A program made the translations under genes and the position numbers. This document shows, piece by piece, positions 38,091 through 47,967 of a stretch of DNA of 64,000 nucleotides (position 1 is its first letter; each line of letters starts with the position of its first letter). The notes under the pieces were generated by a model, which saw only the letters and a program-made list of their open reading frames with translations, did no database searches and had not been told where the DNA came from. Source of the DNA: Candidatus Bathyarchaeota archaeon (GTDB lineage Archaea > Thermoproteota > Bathyarchaeia > 40CM-2-53-6); contig CAWIHH010000004.1 in NCBI GenBank assembly GCA_963835925.1, forward strand, positions 505,289 through 569,288, written 5' to 3'.

Positions 38091-40742
38091 CTATTTCACC
38101 CACTTCTCCACTTGGACTAGGGCAGGGGTGTATTTCTCGCCGTAGCAATGCGGTGACGCAGCACCCCCGATTAGGACGTTTATGTTGCCGCCTGTATCTA
38201 TGGACTTGAGGTTTCCAGGCTCGGCTCGTTTGCTCCATGAGCCCTCAGCCACCCAAATCACTCCGGGCATTAGTCTTTCGGTGATGTGGACGTAGCAGAG
38301 GATTTGGTCTCTGTCGTTGAAAATTCTAATAATATCCTTCTCTTTGATTCCTCGCGGTCCGGAGTCTGCAGCGTTCATCCACACCGGCTCGTATCCCTGG
38401 TACTTGTAAATGTCCGCCAACCATGATACGTTATTCCACTGTCCGTGGAAGCGAAACTTCTGGTGAGCGCTAACCGCCAACAATGGGTAGTTCTTCACGC
38501 GCGGGGCGTCTCTGCCATCGTCTGGGTCAGGGAAGTATTTTGGTACGGTTCCAATTGCGTTGCTGTTCTCACCATAGTAGTCAGCTAGCATCTTCGAGTA
38601 GAACTCTATCTTGCCCGATGGTGTGCTTACTCCAGTGGTGGGCGTTATCGAGTCTCCTGACTTCTGGTAGTACCATCGGAACGCTGTTTGTGGCTGGTAG
38701 TCTTTGGGCAATTCGAAGATGTAGTAACCCTTTGCCTTGAACGCCTCCCAAGAAAGCGGCACAGTGCCTGTGTTGTACATCTTCTCCAGCCACATGTCCT
38801 CAGTATTGCCTTCAGTGAACTTATCCGCGATGCCGAACCGGTCTGCGAGAGCCGCATAAACGTCGTAATCAACTTTCGATTCGTAGAGCGGTTCGATGCA
38901 CTTGCGTTGGTAGATTACAACTCTTGTGCTAATCCCAGTCGCTATTCGCCCTGTATAACCAGCTTCTGTGACGTCACTTCGTTCAAGAAGCGTGCAGGCG
39001 GGTAGTACGATGTCGGCGTACATTACTTCTGGTTCATTCCATGGCGTTTGGGCTACTATGAACTCGATTGCCGGGCTCTTGTACGCGCCTGCTGCCCCTC
39101 TGGCTGTTCCCTGTTGGGGCGTTCCGTTGAACTTACTGCCGCCAACTCTGTACACCATGAGGATTGTGGAGTTCCCTGGCATGGGGTAACTGTAGTCTTG
39201 GAGATACGTTGTCGGTGGCGATCCGAGACCAGTGCCGCCGTGCCATTTGAATGGCAGTGAGCTCGGATCCATGGTGAGCCGTGCCCAGTCTAGGGATGGT
39301 ACTTGCTGCTTGATCGGATTGGGTGGAACCACTTTGCAGGGGGGTGACATAGCAAAGGCATTGCGTGACGGCCCATACTGTCGCGGATCGTTTGGTGCGC
39401 CAGCGCCGCCTCCCGGTGAGCCTCCTCCGCCCCAAATGTTTACGCCGGGTTTACCTAGACCTTGCATCGCTTGGAGGGCTACCATCGCCCGCGCCCATTC
39501 GTGGCCATAGGATCCTCGATTTGCGCCAGAGGCGTAGCACATTAGCATGGTGGGTTTTGATGCCCACTCCCTGGCTAGGGTGCTTATGGTTTGGGCATCT
39601 ATGCCTGTGATCTTTGAGGCCCAGTCGGGGGTTCTATCGATCGCTCCGTCCACCCCGGGTGCCTTGCCTAGAACATAGTCGCTGAACTTGTCAAACCCGA
39701 TTGAATGCGTGGCAACGTACTGCTTGTCGTAGGTACCGTCTTTGATCCAAACGTTCGCTATAGCCAACGCAAGAGCCGTGTCACTGCCAGGACTGATTGG
39801 GATCCATTGATCGCAGTAAACGGCAGCCGTGTCTGTGTAGATTGGATTGATTGAGATCATCCTGATGCCCAACTCTCTCATCCAAAATCGGAAGTAACTT
39901 GGGTCATGTCCAGAGTGCATCTCTTCGACAGATACTGGATCTGTGCCCCACCACACGGCCAACTTACTGTTCTGCATCGTATCTTGGAGCAAGTCGAATT
40001 GGTCGCCTAACCCCATTTGCCAGTAGTATCCCCAGATGAATGGGCTCCCGTACATGTATCCCATCCAGCTAGCGGTAGGAGCGATTACGGATGTCTGACC
40101 GCCGAAAAAGTTGAGCAACCTATTGAATCCATTCGTATAGTGGAGTGTGCCCCATTCCCAGTGGGCACCCTCTCCTCCACTGAAAGCCGAGGCTCCGTAC
40201 TTTTGTTTTATTCGCTGCATCTCTTTCGCGATAGTGTCAAGCGCTTCATCCCAAGTGATGCGCACGAATTCACCCTTTCCTCTGTTGGAGACGTCACTTG
40301 TTCCTCCGGGTTGGAAGCCTACACGCTTCATTGGATATCTCAAACGGTCGGGTGAGTAGACCTTTCTTCGATGAGCCAGCGCGATTTGAGATGGTGGAAA
40401 CCTCGTTGGTGCAGTGTAAGACTTGCCTCCGGCGGTAATGGTCCACGGTTTGGCTTCGCTCTCACTATAGCGGAACGATTCGTACCGGCGGGCCACACCA
40501 TTCGAGACGTGTACGAGGATAGGCCCCCCAGTTGTGCATTGCTGAAATACCTGTTCCTCGACGAGCGGTACAGCCTGCGTTGCGGTTTGTGTTACCGTGG
40601 TTATGGGTCGTAGGAGTTGGTTTGTCTCGTAACCTGCTCCTATCCCTACAGCCGCGACCGCAGCCAATGCTCCCGTCCATTTGAGCATTGAACGCCTACT
40701 AATTTTGTTCTCGGAAATTGATTCTTTTTTCGTTTCGGACAA
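38091..40742 (-). CDS. Molybdopterin catalytic subunit A8 (paralog of A5, intact, Tat signal SRRSMLKW, TTG start)
   Basis: 883 aa with YPMKRVGFQPGGTSDVSNRGKGEFVRITWDEALD and no N-terminal Cys cluster. Confidence 0.85.
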   Translation of the reverse strand: MSETKKESISENKISRRSMLKWTGALAAVAAVGIGAGYETNQLLRPITTVTQTATQAVPLVEEQVFQQCTTGGPILVHVSNGVARRYESFRYSESEAKPWTITAGGKSYTAPTRFPPSQIALAHRRKVYSPDRLRYPMKRVGFQPGGTSDVSNRGKGEFVRITWDEALDTIAKEMQRIKQKYGASAFSGGEGAHWEWGTLHYTNGFNRLLNFFGGQTSVIAPTASWMGYMYGSPFIWGYYWQMGLGDQFDLLQDTMQNSKLAVWWGTDPVSVEEMHSGHDPSYFRFWMRELGIRMISINPIYTDTAAVYCDQWIPISPGSDTALALAIANVWIKDGTYDKQYVATHSIGFDKFSDYVLGKAPGVDGAIDRTPDWASKITGIDAQTISTLAREWASKPTMLMCYASGANRGSYGHEWARAMVALQAMQGLGKPGVNIWGGGGSPGGGAGAPNDPRQYGPSRNAFAMSPPCKVVPPNPIKQQVPSLDWARLTMDPSSLPFKWHGGTGLGSPPTTYLQDYSYPMPGNSTILMVYRVGGSKFNGTPQQGTARGAAGAYKSPAIEFIVAQTPWNEPEVMYADIVLPACTLLERSDVTEAGYTGRIATGISTRVVIYQRKCIEPLYESKVDYDVYAALADRFGIADKFTEGNTEDMWLEKMYNTGTVPLSWEAFKAKGYYIFELPKDYQPQTAFRWYYQKSGDSITPTTGVSTPSGKIEFYSKMLADYYGENSNAIGTVPKYFPDPDDGRDAPRVKNYPLLAVSAHQKFRFHGQWNNVSWLADIYKYQGYEPVWMNAADSGPRGIKEKDIIRIFNDRDQILCYVHITERLMPGVIWVAEGSWSKRAEPGNLKSIDTGGNINVLIGGAASPHCYGEKYTPALVQVEKWVK

Positions 40743-40901
40743 TTCACATAATCTCTATTCTGTTTCTTTCGTTGCACGAATACAGTTCGGCTCGGTCCTT
40801 CACAGCGTGGGCTTGGGAGAGAGCTTCATCTTTGTTTTCCATGCAACTACGAAAACGACTGTCATCTGAGAATCGATAAATAGAGATAGTACTTGCTTTT
40901 C

Positions 40902-42062
40902 TTACGCTACATGCTTTACTGCGATAAATTCATCGACGCGATTTAGACCAGAGATCAGATGATCCTGTGGGCAGCCGTAACCAATTCGCAGGTAGCCCTT
41001 CATTCTAAACTGTTCGCCAGGTACGATTAGAACACTCTTCTCTTTTAGAAGTCTCTTAGCTAGTTCGGTTGATGAAATTTTCAGTGTGTGTTTGACGTAG
41101 GTCACTGCGCCTGCCTTCGGGGGGATGAATGAGAAGTGTTCTTGGTTACGCTTGATCCAATCTTTGAGGATTGGAAGATTTGTGTTGAGTATGTTGCGAG
41201 TTCTCTCTAGTATCTTCGATCGTCTTTCGGTCTGGAAGACTTGTCTTGCGAGATAGTCGCTCAGAGCTGATGGGCATATCGTGGTGTAGTCGTGGTAGGA
41301 CCAAAGCTTGTCAGCAAGCTCGGGTTTGGTGATTATCCATCCTATGCGAAGACCTGGAAGCCCATAGGCCTTCGACAAGCCACCTGTTACAATGACCTTA
41401 TCATATTTCCCCCAAAAGGTCGGTGTCTCTTGCCCGTCTAGTTCTGCGCCACGGTAGACCTCGTCTGAAAGAATCCATGACCCATTCTTTCTGGCAATTT
41501 GACAGATCTCATCTATCGTCTCGTCATCCAAAACTGCTCCAGTCGGATTGTTCGGATTGCAGACAGCGATCAGCTTGGTTCGTCTATTTACGATCCGCTT
41601 CAGAGAACGAACATCCATGCCCCACCTATCACCATCATCTCGTAACCAGAATGCTTTCATTTCTCCATGCATGGTCTTCGCCAACCCCCATATCTGCATG
41701 TAGTTTGGAAGCACCATAACTATCTGAGCGCCGCGTTCAAGGAATGACCAAAGAGAAACAAAGTTAGCCTCCGAAGATCCATTAGTGACTAGAATGTTCC
41801 CTGCATTTGCATTAGGATAATAGAGGGCTATGCTTCTTCTCAACTCCGGCGTCCCGTTCGTTTGCACATAACCAAGAGGTTGGGTCGACAGTTCAGAGAA
41901 CGGTTCATCAAGGATCTCCCTCAGTAGAAGTGGATGAACTCCACTCTCAGCGAGATTGAATTGCACTTGGTTCTCCCACGTTGATTGCCAACGTTCCAAC
42001 TCGAATGGGTACAGCTTCACGGTTATCAACAGCAACAGATGTAACGCGGCCAGCGTTAACAA
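40902..42062 (-). CDS. Class I/II PLP-dependent aminotransferase (start probably internal to the ORF)
   Basis: VCNPNNPTG and the lysine motif SKAYGLPGLRIGW. Confidence 0.8.
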   Translation of the reverse strand: MLTLAALHLLLLITVKLYPFELERWQSTWENQVQFNLAESGVHPLLLREILDEPFSELSTQPLGYVQTNGTPELRRSIALYYPNANAGNILVTNGSSEANFVSLWSFLERGAQIVMVLPNYMQIWGLAKTMHGEMKAFWLRDDGDRWGMDVRSLKRIVNRRTKLIAVCNPNNPTGAVLDDETIDEICQIARKNGSWILSDEVYRGAELDGQETPTFWGKYDKVIVTGGLSKAYGLPGLRIGWIITKPELADKLWSYHDYTTICPSALSDYLARQVFQTERRSKILERTRNILNTNLPILKDWIKRNQEHFSFIPPKAGAVTYVKHTLKISSTELAKRLLKEKSVLIVPGEQFRMKGYLRIGYGCPQDHLISGLNRVDEFIAVKHVA

Positions 42063-42095
42063 GCTTTGCAGGTCAGACCGGACATGACTATTGCG

Positions 42096-42347
42096 TCAGA
42101 CGATTTTCTTTTTGAGTTTGGTCTCTAGGATGGCGCGGTTCACTCTTCGCGCCTCAACGGGGTCGTAATGTCTGTAGAAGCGGTCGAGGTCTTCGGTTAT
42201 CTTCTCTTTGCGGTTGATTGAACATTCAGCTCTCCCTAGGTATGCCTTCACCTGCTCAGGGTTCGACAGGTTGGCTTGATGGATGATAGCCTTCAGGGTG
42301 TTAACTGTTCCCCTAATCGTGGAATCTCGATATCCATTTTTCCGCAA
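42096..42347 (-). pseudogene. Short integrase-N-terminal-like (SAM-like domain) ORF, a possible recombinase stub
   Basis: LRKNGYRDSTIRGTVNTLKAI resembles the N-terminal region of the integrase at 51385-52485 (EKQNRSGSYISNCVKPVKSWL). No catalytic domain follows. Confidence 0.3.
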
Positions 42348-42462
42348 GTGGAATGCGAACGCTGCAATTTCGCTGAGGGGGGTGGGTCAGTTGATGGTGG
42401 GGCCGGTGTACAGTTGACTATAAGAACCCAATGACACGCTTACTCAAAACACTAACGGAGAT

Positions 42463-42879
42463 TTGGCATTTAACTCGGATGAAAAATCAGCCTTAGTTGA
42501 TCTTCTTGATTCAGGCGAAAGCCGGAACCTAGCCGCCGCGGTAGCTTCCGACAGTATCCGAGAGGAAAAGAGTTACGATCTCTGCTCTATGCTCGCAACA
42601 ATGTTTTGGACGTATGCCACGCTCCTACTGAAGCATACAAAGATTAATCTAAAGCAGTCGAAGACGCTTCCGAAGTATGCAGCAGAATATCCGCGAATTG
42701 TGGGAGCGATAACAAAGATAGCTAAGGCGGTTCCGAAAGTGTTTGGGACTAGTCTATCAGAGTATGCGGAAACACGCCTCTCTCAGAGAGAGACTCTTAC
42801 AAGTTTGTTTTTCTTTAACGTAAAATTTCGCAATTTTATGGCTAGACGCTCTCCTGACTTCACGGAGAAGCTTCGCTAG
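42463..42879 (+). CDS. Hypothetical protein upstream of cas1 (TTG start)
   Basis: ORF only, with no recognisable motif. Confidence 0.3.
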   Translation: MAFNSDEKSALVDLLDSGESRNLAAAVASDSIREEKSYDLCSMLATMFWTYATLLLKHTKINLKQSKTLPKYAAEYPRIVGAITKIAKAVPKVFGTSLSEYAETRLSQRETLTSLFFFNVKFRNFMARRSPDFTEKLR

Positions 42880-42987
42880 TGCAGCCAACCTGCACCGTCC
42901 ATGACCTACAATTTCTCCAAGCTTTCGAGCGAAATGCCCTCGATAGTACGCGACGTAGAAGAAGGACTCAAAGCCGGGAAGGTTTGA

Positions 42988-44193
42988 TTGGATATGAATC
43001 CGCTTTATCTCTCAGGTTTCAACGTGTCACTCAACGTAGATCGAGCAAGACTCGTTATTCGGGATGGCATTCACGAACCAGACATTGAACCAGAACAACT
43101 TGACGTTCAACCACGCCATGCGCATTTCGACTCAGTCATAATTGACGGACATTCAGGTACGATTAGCCTTGATGCGATCAAGTGGCTAATGCGCCACGGC
43201 ATCCCGCTGTTTGTTCTCGATTATAATGGAACACTCCTATCTTCGACATTGCCAAGGGACCCTGTTAATGGTCCATTGAAAATTGCTCAGATATCAGCCT
43301 ACAATGATCCTGAAACAAGAATGAACATCGCCAAGAAATTCATTGAAGCAAAATCGCAAAGGACAGTAGAAGAGCTCAGCTGGCTATCTGACAAGCACGA
43401 AGATCTAGACACACACGAGGTTGAATCTGAAATCGCACGAATAGCTGAATGCGACAGCTTGCCGAAACTAATGCAAGTTGAGGGGCACATTGCAGACCTG
43501 TACTCGCGACAGTTGCAACGGATTCTCCCACAGAAGCTGGGATTCAATTCAAGAGTGCACGAGTCACGTCAAATGAACGCATCCGACCCAATCAACTGCT
43601 TACTCAACTACGGATACGCGGTTCTAGAATCAGAATGCCGCAAGGCCATTAACAGCGTTGGGCTAGAGTCTACAATTGGTTTTCTGCACGAAGCTCAGCA
43701 ATCCAAGTATCCACTCGTTTATGATCTGCAGGAGCCGTTCAGATGGCTCATCGACATTACTCTGATCGAATGCTTAGAGTACAAACGTTTCAGCAAGAAA
43801 GACTTCTACAGGCTCGACAACTATGTCCTTCGATTGAAACCTGAAACAGCAAAGAAGCTACTAGCCGCGTTACAAATCAAATTCAACTCAACAACCCGCT
43901 ATAGGGGCAAGTTGTACGGTTGGGATACCGTGATGAGGCTGAAATGTCAGGAACTGGCGAGTTACATTCTCGGTAGACGAAGCGAACTCGATTTCGATAA
44001 TCCGCGGCCAGAATTGCCGAGAGACGATTCCGAAGCTGTAAGGAGTAGAATATTGTCCATGTCTTGCGCCGAAGCTAGAGAGCTTGGGATAAGGAAGAAC
44101 ACGCTCTGGTACATGCAACAGCGAGCCCGAACCGGCAAACCCATCAAAATCTACAACCAAGTCAGAAAGAAGCTGCCATGCGCATCTGTCTGA
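42988..44193 (+). CDS. cas1: Stand-alone Cas1-family integrase with a C-terminal HTH (casposase-like architecture)
   Basis: It has GTISLDAIKWLMRHGIPLFVLDYNG, VEGHIADLY, ASDPINCLLNYGYAVLE and GFLHE..LVYDLQEPFRWLID, then a tail AEARELGIRKNTLWYMQQRARTG. The likely ATG is at 42994. Confidence 0.85.
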   Translation: MDMNPLYLSGFNVSLNVDRARLVIRDGIHEPDIEPEQLDVQPRHAHFDSVIIDGHSGTISLDAIKWLMRHGIPLFVLDYNGTLLSSTLPRDPVNGPLKIAQISAYNDPETRMNIAKKFIEAKSQRTVEELSWLSDKHEDLDTHEVESEIARIAECDSLPKLMQVEGHIADLYSRQLQRILPQKLGFNSRVHESRQMNASDPINCLLNYGYAVLESECRKAINSVGLESTIGFLHEAQQSKYPLVYDLQEPFRWLIDITLIECLEYKRFSKKDFYRLDNYVLRLKPETAKKLLAALQIKFNSTTRYRGKLYGWDTVMRLKCQELASYILGRRSELDFDNPRPELPRDDSEAVRSRILSMSCAEARELGIRKNTLWYMQQRARTGKPIKIYNQVRKKLPCASV

Positions 44194-44208
44194 AATAACG
44201 GAATTCTG

Positions 44209-44300
44209 TTGCTCGGTTATGGCCTGGAATCCCGGCCGCCATTTGATCTGTCAGGAATTGATTGGGTGATTATTGGTGGCGAATCAGGATCGAACCGTAG
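44209..44300 (+). pseudogene. Fragment resembling a DUF5131 (phage Gp37/Gp68) family protein
   Basis: LSGIDWVIIGGESG matches the conserved C-terminal-half motif of that family. The rest of the protein is absent. Confidence 0.45.
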
Positions 44301-44401
44301 ACAAGTCAAGGCTGAAACATTTGATTTCTCAAATATGAACGTCAAACACCTCATTTATTCAGTTGCGCTGACCTTTTCTTTCTATGAGTTAGGCGATTTT
44401 T

Positions 44402-47400
44402 GTGAATGTGGGGCAAAGAAGCCGAGTCCGAAAATTCCTCCGCAACACCACAACAATGACAGCTTCCGGGAAAGCGAAACCCAAACGTGGCAGACATACT
44501 CCCCCCTGCTCCGACGTCAGGGCGCAAGCAGATGCAATCGAGCGTCTGGCTTCCTTTCCTGAGCTGAATCCGAACCCAGTCATTGAGGTGGATTCTGCTG
44601 GCAAAATCACCTACCGAAACCCTGCAACCGTTGAGACGCTGATAACGCTAGGCCTAGAGGATAACCCGAAGGCATTCTTGCCCAGAGACATGAACGAGAT
44701 ATTGGATGATCTAAAGCAGAAGAAGAAGAAGAAGAGCGAGTTCTACCGCGAGGTGCGGTTAGGGAATGCAATATTCGGCGAGACTTTTCACTTCACTCCG
44801 GACTACGGTGCTGTGCGCATCTACGCAACCGACATGACCGAACGCAAGAGGGCAGAGGTTGAGCTTCGAAGACAACGAGAAGAACTACAGACCATATTCG
44901 ACTCAGTGCCGGCGATGATATTCCAAGTGGACGGGAAGCATAGGCTTGTCCACGTCAATAGAGCGTACGTTGACGCGGTCGGCTTACCCAAGGAGAAACT
45001 GGAAGGCAAGTCAACCCGTGAGCTCTTCCCTAATCAGGCGAACAGGTATTGGAGAGACGACGAGGAAGTAATGACGTCAGGACGACCGAAAAAAGAGATA
45101 GTTGAGCCGTTCGAGACGCCCACAGGAACAAGATGGGCCCAGACAGACAAGACCCCATACAGAGACGCGACAGGTAATATCACTGGCGTATTGGCGTTTG
45201 CACTCGACATCACCGAACGCAAGCGGGCGGAAGGGAAGCTGCGGGAAAGTGAGCAGCTCTATCGTACTCTGGCCGAGTCATCCCCAGACGATATCATCAT
45301 TGTCAGACGGGACTCCAGTCTCCAGTACATGAATAGAAGCGGATTGAAACACTTTGGACTCACCCTAGAAGAGATAATTGGAAAGAAGGCGTCAGATCTC
45401 TTCCCACCGGAAGCGGCTAAGAGAGTGGGTGTTCCGGTATCAACAGTCCTTCAAACGGATGAACCAATCCATACTGAAGAGGAAGTGTCGTTTCCAGACG
45501 CCGTTTCCTGGAGGGATGAGCATTGGCTCCCCCTAAAAACAGGAAGCGAAACGACTGCTGTTCTCGTAATATCGCGCGACGTCACCGAACGCAAACGCTT
45601 GCTGGACGAGGTGCAGGAGAGAGAGAAGAAGTATCGCACTCTGATAGAGCAGTCGCTGCAAGGAATACTGGTAGCACAGGGGATTCCTCCTCGCTTGGTC
45701 TTCGCTAACCCCGCTATCGCGAAGTTCCTCGGGTATACTCCAGATGAGTTAACATCCCTCTCGCCTAAGCAAGTTGAGGAACTGGTGCACCGTGAAGACC
45801 GCGAGACCTTCTTCAGCCGTTTCAGAGAACGACTGCAAGGCAAACCTGTACTGTCGTCCTACGAGTTCCGCGCTATACGAAAAGGAGGTGAAGTACGCTG
45901 GCTGGAGGTCTCCGCAAATAGGATAGAGTACCAGGGACAGCCAGCCGTGCAAGCAACATTCGTAGACATCACCGAACGCGTCAGGCATGAAACTAGGCTG
46001 CAGACGTTACACGATCACGCGTCGCAACTCGGCTCAGCGAATGACATTGACGCTATCGTCAAGTGCACTCTTGATGCAATGGGGCTTACGCTTGGATTCG
46101 AACACGCCGACTTTCTGTTAGTGGAGAACGCTGCTCTACAAATGAAGGGGAGGAGAGGTCTTCCAGTAGTTTTCTCAGCGCAGCCATTGAATGGGCGCGG
46201 GTTAACAGTCAAAGCCACGAACACGAAATCGACGCTCAGAATATCCGACACCCGAAAAGAACCCGCCTACGTTGACCCTAAAGGGTACGATTGGACTGGA
46301 CCTCCCACCGTGCTTTCGGAACTGATCGTGCCCGTGTTTACATACAGTCAAGTGGTTGCAGTTCTATGTGTTGACAGCACGCGAACAGACAACTTCAACG
46401 ACGATGATCAGAACCTTCTCGAAACATTAGCAACACATGTAGGGGCAGCGCTTGGCCGCCTGAGAGATGTGGAGAGTCTCAGGAAAAGCGAGGCGATGTA
46501 TCGTCGGCTCTTTGAGTCAAGTCAAGAGGGCATAATCATTCTCGACGCGGATACGCTGAGGATCCTTGATTCTAACCCCTTCTTGCAGAGGCTGTCCGGC
46601 CTTTCCCTCGACCAGCTTCTGGGGAGGGAACTCCGGAAAATTGAAGCATTCAACGATGTTAAGGGCCTGATTGATGTGGAGGAGTTGCGGCAGAAGCCTT
46701 TCCTCCGCCTAGAGCCAACTCCCATCGAGGCCAAGGAAAGGGGAAGTGTGGACGTAGAATTCGTCAGCACCGTCTACGAAGCTGACGGTAGAAAAGTGAT
46801 TCAATGCAACATCCGCGATGTCACCGAGCGAACGAAGCTGCAGAAGGAGCTTCAACACCACGTAGAACATTTAGAAGAGGCAGTTCAAGAACGGACTCGA
46901 GAGTTGCGAGATAACGAGGAACGGTATCATCTGCTCGTAGACAATACCGAGACTGGTTTCGTGGTGGTTGATGACAAGGGCATTGTGATTGAAGCGAATG
47001 AGCCCTACTTACGCTTGGTTGGTGCAGGGACCATGAAGGAGATCATCGGTCATTCGGTGATTGAGTGGACTGCGCCTGAGGAAAAAAGTCACAACGCCGA
47101 AGCGGTTGCCTTATGCGCTCGGCAGGGATACATACAAGACCTCGAAACTACCTATCTGCAGAGCAACGGGACGCACGTTCAACCTTCTTATCAACGCTAC
47201 TTTGCAGGAGACATCGAACGGAAAAATGCTCACCGCGCTCTGCCGCAATGTGACTGAGCGTAAACGGCTGGAGAAGATGAGGGACCAGTTCATCTCCACG
47301 GTCACACATGAGCTACGTACTCCCTTAATCTCCATCAAAGGCTACGTGGATCTTACTCTTTCAGCTGAGCCGGGACAGATATCCAAGGAGGTGGAGTCCG

Positions 47401-47966
47401 ACCTGCAAGTGGTTAAACGCAACACGGACCGGCTCCTCAGCTTGGTTAGTGATCTGTTGGATGTTCAGCGGATGCAGGCTGGAAGACTCCAACTGAATTC
47501 TCAACCAACAGACCTCAAGAAAGTTACGGACAGCTGCATTAGAGAGATTAAACCTCTTCTGACGGACAGGCGGCTAAACCTTAGAGTAATAGTTCCAGAA
47601 GGCGAGCTTCTGATTCAAGGAGATGAGGTGAGACTTGCCCAGATCCTTGTGAATCTGCTCAGTAACGCCGCCAAGTACTCTCCCGAAGGCGGAGAAGTGA
47701 ACCTTCGTGTAGAAGAGGAAGACGAAACGGTCAAGGTTTCGATCTCGGACAACGGTATCGGCGTTAGAAAGGAGGATCTGCCGAGAGTTTTTGAGCCGTT
47801 CGCAGCCATCCAAAAACCGTCATACATCAAGGGTACAGGTTTAGGTCTCAGTGTATCAAAAGCCCTAGTTGAAGCTCACGGTGGCAAGATCTGGGCCGAA
47901 TCACAGGGGGAAGGAAAAGGGGCCACGTTCACGTTCACTCTCCCTAAACCCAAGAGGGCAGACTAG
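44402..47966 (+). pseudogene. Multi-PAS/GAF sensor histidine kinase with a 1-nt indel at about 47180
   Basis: PAS ends recur (DMTERKRAE, DITERKRAE, DVTERKRLL, DITERVRHE, DVTERTKLQ, NVTERKRLE). It also has a GAF-like block, the HisKA motif FISTVTHELRTPL, and HATPase motifs NLLSNAAKY, DNGIGV and GTGLGLSV. ORFs 44402-47257 and 47061-47966 overlap. The likely ATG is at 44456. Confidence 0.85.
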
Positions 47967-47967
47967 C

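Noticed and set aside
37468-38209. Several long plus-strand and alternative-frame ORFs over B8 (37468-37791, 37676-38209, 37743-38120).
   Set aside because: They overlap a ferredoxin gene with complete Cys motifs on the minus strand, and the alternatives have no motifs.
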